Source of the DNA: a virus
IMG/VR virus record: IMGVR_UViG_3300043429_000249
Span: 4,024-68,023 of that record
Length of the DNA: 64,000 nt
Strand: one strand, 5' to 3'
A program made the position numbers and the translations under genes. Positions 1 to 7,818 of the stretch are shown here, piece after piece. The notes below the pieces were generated by a model. The model saw nothing but the letters and a program-made list of their open reading frames with translations, was not told the origin of the DNA and searched no databases. Every line of letters begins with the position of its first letter. Positions within the stretch are counted from its first letter, which is position 1.

Positions 1-42
1 TTGTTCGCGCCGCGCAAGACCAAGGAAAGGCGGGTGCTGTGA
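1..42 (+). CDS. 3' end of a truncated upstream gene (possibly the MoxR-like AAA ATPase partner of the VWA gene)
   Basis: Frame 1 reads LFAPRKTKERRVL* and its TGA overlaps the GTG of the next gene; identity inferred only from the usual AAA-VWA pairing. Confidence 0.3.
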   Translation: MFAPRKTKERRVL

Positions 43-284
43 GAGACCTAATGAACCGGGGGCGGCGGCGTAAAGTGCTGCCCACCTTGAAGGGTGCGAA
101 GGTGGAGTTCGTCGAGTGCAGACCAAGCAAGCGCGATTCCATGAAGTGGATCGTGTGCCTCTACATCAACGGGTGGCCGCATGACATAGGCATGTGGGCC
201 AAGGACGAGTTGGATGTGATGAAGCAAGTGTTAGAGATGCAGCGTGGCGGTGTAGTAAAAGGTGCGTTCGATATATCCAAGTAG
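39..284 (+). CDS. small hypothetical protein, DE(L/M) family
   Basis: 81 aa; C-terminal WAKDELDV motif shared with five other early ORFs. Confidence 0.7.
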   Translation: MRDLMNRGRRRKVLPTLKGAKVEFVECRPSKRDSMKWIVCLYINGWPHDIGMWAKDELDVMKQVLEMQRGGVVKGAFDISK

Positions 285-290
285 GAGCAA

Positions 291-304
291 CCTAACATGT
301 TAGA
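291..304. promoter_or_regulatory. CCTAACATGTTAGG palindrome (13/14 match), contains the ATG of the VWA gene
   Basis: CCTAACATGTTAGA; ATG at 297. Confidence 0.85.
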
Positions 305-1505
305 TCAACGAGACAAAGAAGAGCGCAAGCTAAAGAAGGTCAAGATTGGCCTGATGCGCAACCCGAAGTTCGCCCTGTGGTCGGGTATCATGATGGTCGG
401 CAAGACGGTGCTGGATGATGATATTCCAACCGCCATGACCAACGGTCGGGACGAGCATTATGGCCGCGAGTTCGTCAAGGACTTGCCTGAAAAGCAATTG
501 GCTTTCGTGGTGCTGCACGAGAACATGCACAAGGCACTGCGTCACCTGACGACATGGCGCAAGCTGTATGAGGAGAACCCGCAGCTTGGCAACATGGCTT
601 GCGACTACGTTATTAACCTGATGATCGTCGAGAGCGATCCGCAGGGGCAGTTTGTCGAGATGCCCAAGGACAAGGACGGCAACGTCATGGGCTGTCTGGA
701 CGTTAAGTATAAGGGCATGACCGCCCGCCAAGTGTTCGACCTGCTTAAGCAGGAGCAGGAGGATGGCGGTGGTGGCGGTGGGGGCCAAGGCTTCGACCAG
801 CACGACTGGGATGGGGCCAAGGGTCTGTCCGAAGAAGAGAAGAAGGAACTGGAGCGGGAGATTGACCAAGCCATTCGGCAGGGCATGATCGCGCAGCAGA
901 AGGCAATCGGCCAAGGTGCGGGTAATATGCACCGGGAACTGGGCGAGTTGCTTGAACCGCAGGTGGACTGGCGCGAAGTGTTGCGTGAGTTCGTTAACTC
1001 CATCTGCATGAACAAGGATACGTCATCGTGGCGTAGGGTTAACCGGCGTTTCCTTGGGAATGATACCTACCTGCCTACCATGGTCGGTGAGCGTGTGGGT
1101 TCGCTTGCTATCGGCATTGACACATCGGGTTCCATCAGTGGGCGGGAGATTAACCGTTTCCTGTCGGAGGTGAAGTCAATCGCAGAAGATGTGCATCCCG
1201 AAAAGATCGACCTGATCTACTGGGACAGCGGAGTGGCTGGACATGAAACTTATGATGAGTTCGATATGTCTAACCTTGTTAGTTCAACCAAGCCGAAGGG
1301 CGGGGGCGGCACTGATCCCCGTGCCATGATGAAGTATATGAAGGACAAGCGCATCCAGCCTGAGTGTATCATCATGCTGACTGACGGCGAGATTTATGAT
1401 TGGGGGGATGCGTGGGAAGCCCCTATAATGTGGGTTATCTGTAACGGCTGGCGTAACGGGAGCATCACTGCACCCATCGGCAAGACTGTCCATATCAAAG
1501 AGTAG
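297..1505 (+). CDS. metallopeptidase-like (DUF2201-type) plus VWA domain protein
   Basis: HENMH (HExxH), MIDAS motif DTSGS, GGGT, TDG; strong SD AGGAG. Confidence 0.9.
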   Translation: MLDQRDKEERKLKKVKIGLMRNPKFALWSGIMMVGKTVLDDDIPTAMTNGRDEHYGREFVKDLPEKQLAFVVLHENMHKALRHLTTWRKLYEENPQLGNMACDYVINLMIVESDPQGQFVEMPKDKDGNVMGCLDVKYKGMTARQVFDLLKQEQEDGGGGGGGQGFDQHDWDGAKGLSEEEKKELEREIDQAIRQGMIAQQKAIGQGAGNMHRELGELLEPQVDWREVLREFVNSICMNKDTSSWRRVNRRFLGNDTYLPTMVGERVGSLAIGIDTSGSISGREINRFLSEVKSIAEDVHPEKIDLIYWDSGVAGHETYDEFDMSNLVSSTKPKGGGGTDPRAMMKYMKDKRIQPECIIMLTDGEIYDWGDAWEAPIMWVICNGWRNGSITAPIGKTVHIKE

Positions 1506-1542
1506 TTCTGCGTATTCCTTAACCAAGTAGGAGTTAATCCAA

Positions 1543-1941
1543 ATGCACGAAGTTCAGAAGATTGCGATTACCCGTGCGCTGCGGACGTTGGCTGCGGCGC
1601 AGGAACACATCGAGTTTGCTGCGGAGTTTGACGGGCAGACTTATGGGAACCGTGAGTTGAAGCCCAAGAAGGAACCGAAGCGCAAGACGCATTACCCCTA
1701 CGGCGAAACGCGCAAGCATTACCTGCCCTACTTTGAAAATGTGAAGGTTGGGGACGTTATCGAAATCCCCTTCGATAGGTTCGATCCCGGCATCCTTGCC
1801 AGCAACGTGAGTGCAGCTTGCGTCAATCGGTTCGGTAAGGGTTCGGTTACGGTGCATCAGAACAAGACCACCGGCATGCTGGAGGTTATGATCGAAAACT
1901 TGCCCGAAACGAATGACGCACAGGACGAGTTGTTCGCCTAA
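1543..1941 (+). CDS. hypothetical protein
   Basis: SD AGGAG; its stop codon TAA lies inside the palindrome. Confidence 0.8.
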   Translation: MHEVQKIAITRALRTLAAAQEHIEFAAEFDGQTYGNRELKPKKEPKRKTHYPYGETRKHYLPYFENVKVGDVIEIPFDRFDPGILASNVSAACVNRFGKGSVTVHQNKTTGMLEVMIENLPETNDAQDELFA

Positions 1942-1950
1942 CATGTTAGG
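1937..1950. promoter_or_regulatory. CCTAACATGTTAGG palindrome
   Basis: Perfect 14-mer. Confidence 0.9.
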
Positions 1951-1978
1951 GCTACTTCGGTAGCCCTAACTACTTTAC
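1945..1978 (+). terminator. hairpin / probable intrinsic terminator overlapping the palindrome
   Basis: GTTAGGGCTAC-TTCG-GTAGCCCTAAC then TACTTT; weak U-tract. Confidence 0.6.
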
Positions 1979-2012
1979 ATTAATTATTATAATAACCAAC
2001 GGAGCAAACATC

Positions 2013-2864
2013 ATGGGTATCACATCATCCGCCGTGCTGGTGGAGTTGAACATCAGCGTCTGGACCGCTGACAAGCTGGACAAGACCGAGACACAGCGCC
2101 TGATCGACGACACGGGCGCATCCACTGACGCCGCTAAAGTATACAAAAACCTGATGGCTGGCACGACCCTGCGTAAGCAGATCGCAGACTATGCCGCTGG
2201 CTGTCGTCTATGGCACAACACCAAGACCCTGCCGTGGTCGGACAAGGGGCCGCGCATCCTGCCAACGTCCCTGTTCATGACGTATAAGCAGGAGTTGAAC
2301 GTGCGCCGTGATACGTTCCTTAAGCTGACGGAGGAGTTCCGGGCAGAGTATAACAACCTCATCCGTATCGCAGCGCAGGCACAAGGCAGCATGCACAAGC
2401 CCGAAGACTACCCGCCCATTGACGAGGTGATGAACAAGTTCGGCTTTAAGGTTGTCTTTAGCCCCGTGCCGGAGAGCGGTGACTTCCGTCTGGACATACC
2501 GCAGCAGGAGTTAGACGAGGTGCGGCAGGGTTATGAACAAGCGTTTGATAGCCGACTGGCTGACGCCATGCGCACCCCGTGGGAGCAGCTACACAAGCTA
2601 CTGACCGCCATGTCCGCCAAGCTGACCGAAGGTGACGCCGAGACGAAGCGTCGCTGGCACGATACGTTCCTGACCAATGCGCAGGAACTGTGCGGTATGC
2701 TGACGCACTTGAACATCACGGCTGACCCGAAGCTAGAGGCTGCCCGTAGGCAGCTAGAGGTAGCGTTGATCGGTGCAGACATCGACGACATCAAGGAGAA
2801 CGAAGCGACCCGTGCTGACCTGAAAGCCAAGCTGGATACTATCCTAAAGGGGTATGAGTGGTGA
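2013..2864 (+). CDS. conserved phage hypothetical protein (possibly DUF3150-like)
   Basis: 283 aa, SD GGAG, helical; family assignment tentative. Confidence 0.7.
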   Translation: MGITSSAVLVELNISVWTADKLDKTETQRLIDDTGASTDAAKVYKNLMAGTTLRKQIADYAAGCRLWHNTKTLPWSDKGPRILPTSLFMTYKQELNVRRDTFLKLTEEFRAEYNNLIRIAAQAQGSMHKPEDYPPIDEVMNKFGFKVVFSPVPESGDFRLDIPQQELDEVRQGYEQAFDSRLADAMRTPWEQLHKLLTAMSAKLTEGDAETKRRWHDTFLTNAQELCGMLTHLNITADPKLEAARRQLEVALIGADIDDIKENEATRADLKAKLDTILKGYEW

Positions 2865-3082
2865 CGGAAAAGATTATCGCCGGGGGTTTTGTTACTGACG
2901 TAACCGTAACCTATAGGGGTAGCAGCCCCGGCCCAAATCAGCGCGGCGTTAAGAATTATATGGTGCAAGCGACGGATGCTGATGGCGCTATGCGTCGGTG
3001 GGGGTTCACCGGGGTAGATGAACTGGATGCCTTCACGCACTTTTCCGCATACCTAACCAAAAGAGGAGCGAAGATATTATGA
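2858..3082 (+). CDS. small hypothetical protein, DE(L/M) family
   Basis: FTGVDELDAF motif; coupled to neighbours. Confidence 0.65.
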   Translation: MVTEKIIAGGFVTDVTVTYRGSSPGPNQRGVKNYMVQATDADGAMRRWGFTGVDELDAFTHFSAYLTKRGAKIL

Positions 3083-3297
3083 GCGGCGTCAAGCTGAAAG
3101 AATGGGTGGTGGAGTTCGATCTGGACTTCATCGACCGCACCTTTGTGGTGAAGCATGTCATCGACATAACGGGCAAAGATTATCCGCCGCACAAGATGTA
3201 TCCCTATACGTTTATCGACGCGATGGATGAACTAAGCGCCTTCGGTAGCGCAGCGCGCAGGATCGAGGCTTTAGGGTTTGAATCCCGACGGGCCTAA
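3079..3297 (+). CDS. small hypothetical protein, DE(L/M) family
   Basis: IDAMDELSAF motif; SD GAGGAG; stop codon inside the palindrome. Confidence 0.75.
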   Translation: MSGVKLKEWVVEFDLDFIDRTFVVKHVIDITGKDYPPHKMYPYTFIDAMDELSAFGSAARRIEALGFESRRA

Positions 3298-3306
3298 CAT
3301 GTTAGG
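3293..3306. promoter_or_regulatory. CCTAACATGTTAGG palindrome
   Basis: Perfect; extends to the 16-mer GCCTAACATGTTAGGC. Confidence 0.9.
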
Positions 3307-3329
3307 CTATACGCCAATAGGAGCAAGCT

Positions 3330-4196
3330 ATGTATAACGAACTAGAACACGATCTTATTACGATGGAACTGCCGAACATCGTATATCGGGTGAAGAAGGG
3401 CGATGTCATCCCGATGCAGAGCCATCCGTTCCTTGTGCCGCTTCTTACGAAGCTGGCTAAGGCGCGACCCAAGTGGATGCTGGTTGGCACACAATATGTC
3501 ATGGGCGACAGCGAGGATAAGTTTTCCGCAGTGCGCTTTTCCGTTGTCGAAAACGGCGTGGAACTGGGGCGCATCACTAAGGAATATAACTACGGCACTG
3601 ACAGTAACGCCTTCGGTATCGACAACCAACGCATGTCCGCTAAACGGCAGCGGGGGAACGTCACCATGACCAAGGATGTCACCAAGGCGTTCAAGATCAT
3701 TACCAAAGAGTTCCACGGCAAAACGACCAGTGAGTTGCTTACCGAGGCGCGAGAGGTTACCTACAGTAAGCTGACGCGAGTAGTACATGAGCGTAGCACG
3801 AACTACAGTTCCACTGTCTATGCCGCGCGCACCAGCATGATGAACTACGCGCTGGAAAACTGGGACGCTTACCGATCCTTTGCTACCAATAACGGCGTAT
3901 CAGCCACGACGTTGGACCAGTTCATAGAGCGGAAAGCGGACTGCGAAGAAGCTGAAAAGCTGACAACTAGCTGGGAGGGCGAAACTGGCATATTCGTCGT
4001 GCTTCGCGGTTCGGAGTATATAGTCAAGCAAGGCGATAGCACACGCATCCTGACCAACGACGAGCTGACACCGCACATGAAGCGCTGCATCGGTATGTTT
4101 AAGCTGGCTGATGTCGGGCAATTCATTCCCGGCATGGGCGTCAAGGGTTCAGATACTGCTATGTATATCCTACCAGAGGAGAAGGTTGATGACTGA
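3330..4196 (+). CDS. hypothetical protein
   Basis: 288 aa, SD AGGAG. Confidence 0.8.
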   Translation: MYNELEHDLITMELPNIVYRVKKGDVIPMQSHPFLVPLLTKLAKARPKWMLVGTQYVMGDSEDKFSAVRFSVVENGVELGRITKEYNYGTDSNAFGIDNQRMSAKRQRGNVTMTKDVTKAFKIITKEFHGKTTSELLTEAREVTYSKLTRVVHERSTNYSSTVYAARTSMMNYALENWDAYRSFATNNGVSATTLDQFIERKADCEEAEKLTTSWEGETGIFVVLRGSEYIVKQGDSTRILTNDELTPHMKRCIGMFKLADVGQFIPGMGVKGSDTAMYILPEEKVDD

Positions 4197-4461
4197 CACA
4201 CCACCAGACTGGGTGCTGATCGAAGCTGCGAAGCGCAGTGGCTGGGGCTGCACTATAGAGTGGACACGGGGCGAGTACTCAGCGTTCGGCAATGGCCCCT
4301 TCCGCGCCCTCTGCGACATGATCCAGAAATACGAGCAGCCGCCGGTTGATCGCAAGCTGCTGTGTGCGCGTGAGGCGTGGCGATTGCATGACGAAGAACT
4401 TGATAGCGTGACCATTTCTGTCCGCGCCATTGAACTTTGGATTGAAGGATACGGCGAATGA
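4189..4461 (+). CDS. hypothetical protein (MTD array)
   Basis: Start revised to ATGACTGAC overlapping the upstream stop. Confidence 0.7.
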   Translation: MTDTPPDWVLIEAAKRSGWGCTIEWTRGEYSAFGNGPFRALCDMIQKYEQPPVDRKLLCAREAWRLHDEELDSVTISVRAIELWIEGYGE

Positions 4462-4721
4462 CTGACGACCTGATCGAAGCCGTTGCGCGGGCGATTGGCG
4501 ACAGCGCAGACGAGATGCACGTTAGTCAACTTAGACTTGCTGCTCGCGCAGCCATCCGTACAGCCGCGCCGCTGATCTTGGATATGGCGGCGGATCACCT
4601 AGGAAAACTGGCTTACGAAACGCCGCTTGGTCATGAAAATCTACAGCGCGGTGCATCTACATACAACTGGCTGCGGGAACATGAGCGTCTGATCCGCCAA
4701 CTCAAGGAGCGTTTCCAATGA
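4458..4721 (+). CDS. hypothetical protein (MTD array)
   Basis: ATGA overlap; MTDDLIEAVARAI. Confidence 0.75.
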   Translation: MTDDLIEAVARAIGDSADEMHVSQLRLAARAAIRTAAPLILDMAADHLGKLAYETPLGHENLQRGASTYNWLREHERLIRQLKERFQ

Positions 4722-4975
4722 CTGACGACGACAAGGCGCTGGTGGAGCGGCTGCGTTCTGTTGACGTAAGCTGGTCTGAGACTGGCGAATGGTGCGCAGA
4801 AGCCGCCGACCGCATCGAAGCCCTAAGCGCAGAGATCGAACGGTTGCGTGGGGCGCTGCGTGGTATCGACGAACACTGCCAAACCGGGCTTAACAGCGAA
4901 CACCCACATCATTGGGAAGCAGCGCTGCAAGATGTGATGGACACTGCCCGCGCAGCCTTGGGAGAACAGCAATGA
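4718..4975 (+). CDS. modular coiled-coil protein (MTD array, Ead/Ea22-like architecture)
   Basis: MTDDDKALVERLR...AADRIEAL...ERLRGAL...AALGE. Confidence 0.75.
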   Translation: MTDDDKALVERLRSVDVSWSETGEWCAEAADRIEALSAEIERLRGALRGIDEHCQTGLNSEHPHHWEAALQDVMDTARAALGEQQ

Positions 4976-5235
4976 CTGACCGCTATACCATTACAGAACT
5001 TGTGATGACAAAAGGCACGTCTGCACCCGTCAGGGTTGCTTTGTTGGAAATGGAAAAGAAGATCATCGCCCTTGAGGCAGAGAACGAGCGGCTGCGTGAG
5101 GTGTTGGTTGCAGTAGACGCGGCGATTGTGGACAAAAAGAACCCTTTTGACCGACGTGATTGTATCTCGGAACAGGAGCAAGCCGCACTTCTAATCATCA
5201 GCGCAGCACTGGGAGAGATGGAATGGAGATCGTAA
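4972..5235 (+). CDS. modular coiled-coil protein (MTD array)
   Basis: Start revised to ATGA overlap; AENERLREVL...AALGE. Confidence 0.7.
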   Translation: MTDRYTITELVMTKGTSAPVRVALLEMEKKIIALEAENERLREVLVAVDAAIVDKKNPFDRRDCISEQEQAALLIISAALGEMEWRS

Positions 5236-5447
5236 AGTTTAACCCAAAAGCTGACGAGCGGATGATCAACGCTGCTGGCTGGCTCCGCGAGATTGCGGAT
5301 CGCTGTGAGAAGGGAGAGATTACAGAGATTTTAGTTGTCCTGCACGATGCGGCAGGATCGTATTTCGAAAGCAATGTAGAGTTCACGGATCGTTGGCGGC
5401 TGCTGGGGGCGTTGGAATACGCGAAGGCGGCGGTAAATGAAAGGTAG
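5223..5447 (+). CDS. hypothetical protein
   Basis: MEIVKFNPK..., 74 aa, GGAG upstream. Confidence 0.65.
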   Translation: MEIVKFNPKADERMINAAGWLREIADRCEKGEITEILVVLHDAAGSYFESNVEFTDRWRLLGALEYAKAAVNER

Positions 5448-5464
5448 AAGGGGGAGGAACTGAA

Positions 5465-5887
5465 ATGACTGACAACGACAAGGCGTTGGTGGAAGAATTG
5501 AGATACGGCAACTGGATACTGGAAGACCCATCCGACGGATTAGGTTATCCAAACGATAGTCCTTTGGTAGCCGCCGACCGCATCGAAACGCTTAACGCTA
5601 TGCTGAAAGCCGCAGAGGAAAGTTTGGGCGATCAACTGGCAGCACGAAAAGAGCAAGCCGATGAGATCGTGCGGCTGCGGGAGGCGTTGGGTTTGTTTGA
5701 TGACTTAATCAAGCATCAATATTCTGGGTCACAGGAAGCCATGAGCGACATGACATATGCTGCCCAAAACGCAGCACGGGTTTTGAAGCGTGGCGCGTGG
5801 GCAGCACTGGGAGAGACCGACCATGTATCCGACGAGATGACCAAAGAGGACTACGAAGCGATTTATGGCTGGGGAGGACAGGGATGA
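5465..5887 (+). CDS. modular coiled-coil protein (MTD array), paralog of 4718..4975
   Basis: MTDNDKALVEELR...AADRIETL...RLREAL...AALGE; SD GGAGG. Confidence 0.8.
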   Translation: MTDNDKALVEELRYGNWILEDPSDGLGYPNDSPLVAADRIETLNAMLKAAEESLGDQLAARKEQADEIVRLREALGLFDDLIKHQYSGSQEAMSDMTYAAQNAARVLKRGAWAALGETDHVSDEMTKEDYEAIYGWGGQG

Positions 5888-5976
5888 CTGAACACCTAAT
5901 CGGCATCGCCGTGTGCGCCATCTGGGCATTTGTTGGTTACATGGTTGGTCTTGATGAAGGGATGAAGCGGAAATGA
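5884..5976 (+). CDS. 30-aa single-TM peptide (not in the ORF track)
   Basis: MTEHLIGIAVCAIWAFVGYMVGLDEGMKRK; ATGA overlaps at both ends. Confidence 0.6.
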   Translation: MTEHLIGIAVCAIWAFVGYMVGLDEGMKRK

Positions 5977-6194
5977 CTGACGAACCGAAAAGATACCGAG
6001 GCCAGCGTGGCCCTAACAAGATCAAGAAGGACCGCATGCCAACCATAGCTATCCGGTTGCCGCAAGACGTTATCGACTATTACGGTAGGTCTACTGTGCG
6101 CATGCGTGATGTGTTGGTGGATCATGTGCGCCGCAGTCGGGCAATGGATGAGTTGATCGCCACGTCCGAAGAACTGGGTCTCTACGATACCTAA
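5973..6194 (+). CDS. ribbon-helix-helix / BrnA-antitoxin-like DNA-binding protein
   Basis: RGQRGP...TIAIRLPQDVIDYY pattern. Confidence 0.6.
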   Translation: MTDEPKRYRGQRGPNKIKKDRMPTIAIRLPQDVIDYYGRSTVRMRDVLVDHVRRSRAMDELIATSEELGLYDT

Positions 6195-6208
6195 CCTAAC
6201 ATGTTAGG
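6195..6208. promoter_or_regulatory. CCTAACATGTTAGG palindrome
   Basis: Perfect; directly after the RHH gene stop and before a terminator. Confidence 0.9.
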
Positions 6209-6220
6209 CTCCGTGACTGG

Positions 6221-6250
6221 GGGGTCGGCTAACTCCGGCCCCTCTTTTTT
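6221..6250 (+). terminator. intrinsic terminator at the end of the early operon
   Basis: GGGGTCGG-CTAACT-CCGGCCCC-TCTTTTTT. Confidence 0.8.
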
Positions 6251-6253
6251 CGT

Positions 6254-6281
6254 TTGACACTGTAAACCAAACTATTAAAGT
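6254..6281 (+). promoter_or_regulatory. sigma70-type promoter with TTGACACTGTAAA motif
   Basis: TTGACA-16-TAAAGT; the same 13-mer recurs at 15900. Confidence 0.65.
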
Positions 6282-6306
6282 CATCCCCCGAGCAAGGTGC
6301 AAGACT

Positions 6307-6621
6307 ATGGCAAAAACACCAGAAAAAGTTGTTAAAGATAAAGTCCGTGCCATCTTGGATGCGCATAGTGTGTATTACTTTATGCCCCCGGCCAACGGCT
6401 ATGGCCGCAGCGGCATACCGGATTTTATCTGCTGCGTGAAGGCAGAGCCGCATGGCATTTTCCTTACCATCGAAACTAAAGCGAACGGCAATAAGCCGAC
6501 AGCCCTACAGATTCGTGAGATCGAAACCATCCGCCGCCATAACGGCGTAGCTGTAGTGGTAGACGAGACCAACTACGACATGCTGCCTGACCTGATCCGC
6601 AAGCTACGCGGTGCGTCATGA
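6307..6621 (+). CDS. VRR-NUC nuclease / Holliday junction resolvase-like
   Basis: TPEKVVK...GIPDF...IETKA...PTALQ. Confidence 0.85.
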   Translation: MAKTPEKVVKDKVRAILDAHSVYYFMPPANGYGRSGIPDFICCVKAEPHGIFLTIETKANGNKPTALQIREIETIRRHNGVAVVVDETNYDMLPDLIRKLRGAS

Positions 6622-6899
6622 AGAAGACCATCAAGAACCCGAAGATCATCAGCATCCACAAGAACACCTATGCGTGGATGTCAGACCCGGATGAACAAGA
6701 CCCCGCCCCAAGCTGTAGTGTGCGGATAACCCTCGCTGCGATGCGTTCGCTGCCTAGCTGGGTGCAGTCGCACCTGCACTGGGAATACATCCTCGACAAC
6801 AAGAGCCACTGCGCCCTGATAATCCAAGCCAAGGACGAACTGGAAGCGATGATTAGGTTTAAGCAGCTATGGGCAGGGTTGCCCAAGAGAGGTGCGTGA
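6618..6899 (+). CDS. small protein, DE(L/M) family; close paralog of 63629..63859
   Basis: PKIIS...LPSWVQS...AKDELEAMIRFKQLWA. Confidence 0.75.
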   Translation: MKKTIKNPKIISIHKNTYAWMSDPDEQDPAPSCSVRITLAAMRSLPSWVQSHLHWEYILDNKSHCALIIQAKDELEAMIRFKQLWAGLPKRGA

Positions 6900-7153
6900 T
6901 GGCTATCCCGTTAAAAGATATGCGCGACAGCATGAAGGCCATGCTGGATGACGCACTTAGCGAAGCCTATGGCGCGACCGTGTTCGCTGTCCATGCGGAT
7001 TATTATTTTCCCACCCAAGAGTGGAAGATCGGGAAGATCGAGCCGTGGGATGATACGAAGCACTGGAAGAACCCCGTCGCTCGTAAGGTCGTCGCCATCG
7101 ACGAGATGGATGCCTACAAAAAGTTTATGGAGCATGTGGGAGCATACGAATGA
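6899..7153 (+). CDS. small protein, DE(L/M) family
   Basis: VVAIDEMDAY; start revised to the TGATG overlap. Confidence 0.7.
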   Translation: MAIPLKDMRDSMKAMLDDALSEAYGATVFAVHADYYFPTQEWKIGKIEPWDDTKHWKNPVARKVVAIDEMDAYKKFMEHVGAYE

Positions 7154-7536
7154 ACAAGGGCGTTGAACTGCTACTCAAGCGGATGGACAGCCATCCCGAA
7201 GAGTTCGAAGAACATTATGACTACCGTGAACGTGAAAGCGGTAAGTGGGAACGGCTCCTGAACGATCTGAGCCATCGCATGGAAGTCATCGACCGTGACA
7301 ACGGGCACACTGGTTCGGCGGATGGTATGGTGCGCCTCACCCGTGCGCAGAAGCCGCTGGGCTTCCTGTCCGATGAAGAGGCGCGGATGATCCATGACAA
7401 GCTGATGCAGACACGGGCTAATATGTTCGAGCGTCGCGTCATGGACTTGCTGCTGCGACAGCCGCCAGAAGCGGAAGATATAACGGAACAGGTTTTCACG
7501 ATACCGCGAAGCACCGTGCGGGGAACTGGCTGGTGA
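7150..7536 (+). CDS. hypothetical protein (LLL.RMDSHP.EF family)
   Basis: N-terminus shared with 9923..10444. Confidence 0.75.
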   Translation: MNKGVELLLKRMDSHPEEFEEHYDYRERESGKWERLLNDLSHRMEVIDRDNGHTGSADGMVRLTRAQKPLGFLSDEEARMIHDKLMQTRANMFERRVMDLLLRQPPEAEDITEQVFTIPRSTVRGTGW

Positions 7537-7546
7537 GGGTTCTATC

Positions 7547-7696
7547 ATGACCAAAAGGGAACAAAAGGCCCTGCCTTGGTATGGCGGCAACAAGATACCG
7601 GCCAGCTACTTAGCTAAGTTTATGCCGAAGACCAAGGACGACGACCTGCCGTGGGAACTGCGAGTGTTTTTAAACGACATGGGTGATCGGAAATGA
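7547..7696 (+). CDS. 49-aa hypothetical protein (not in the ORF track)
   Basis: SD GAGGG; MTKREQKALPWYGGNKIP...; fills an operon gap with ATGA coupling. Confidence 0.55.
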   Translation: MTKREQKALPWYGGNKIPASYLAKFMPKTKDDDLPWELRVFLNDMGDRK

Positions 7697-7818
7697 GCGA
7701 CATGAAAGTAAGCGTGGATAACAGCGGCGACTGGCTGATTATCCTCATCGTCCTGTTCTGGGACTTTAACGGTAAGTACGACCTGTACGATGCCATCATG
7801 AACTGGCTTATGAAATGA
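7693..7818 (+). CDS. 41-aa hydrophobic peptide (not in the ORF track)
   Basis: MSDMKVSVDNSGDWLIILIVLFWDF...; stop overlaps the polymerase ATG. Confidence 0.55.
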   Translation: MSDMKVSVDNSGDWLIILIVLFWDFNGKYDLYDAIMNWLMK

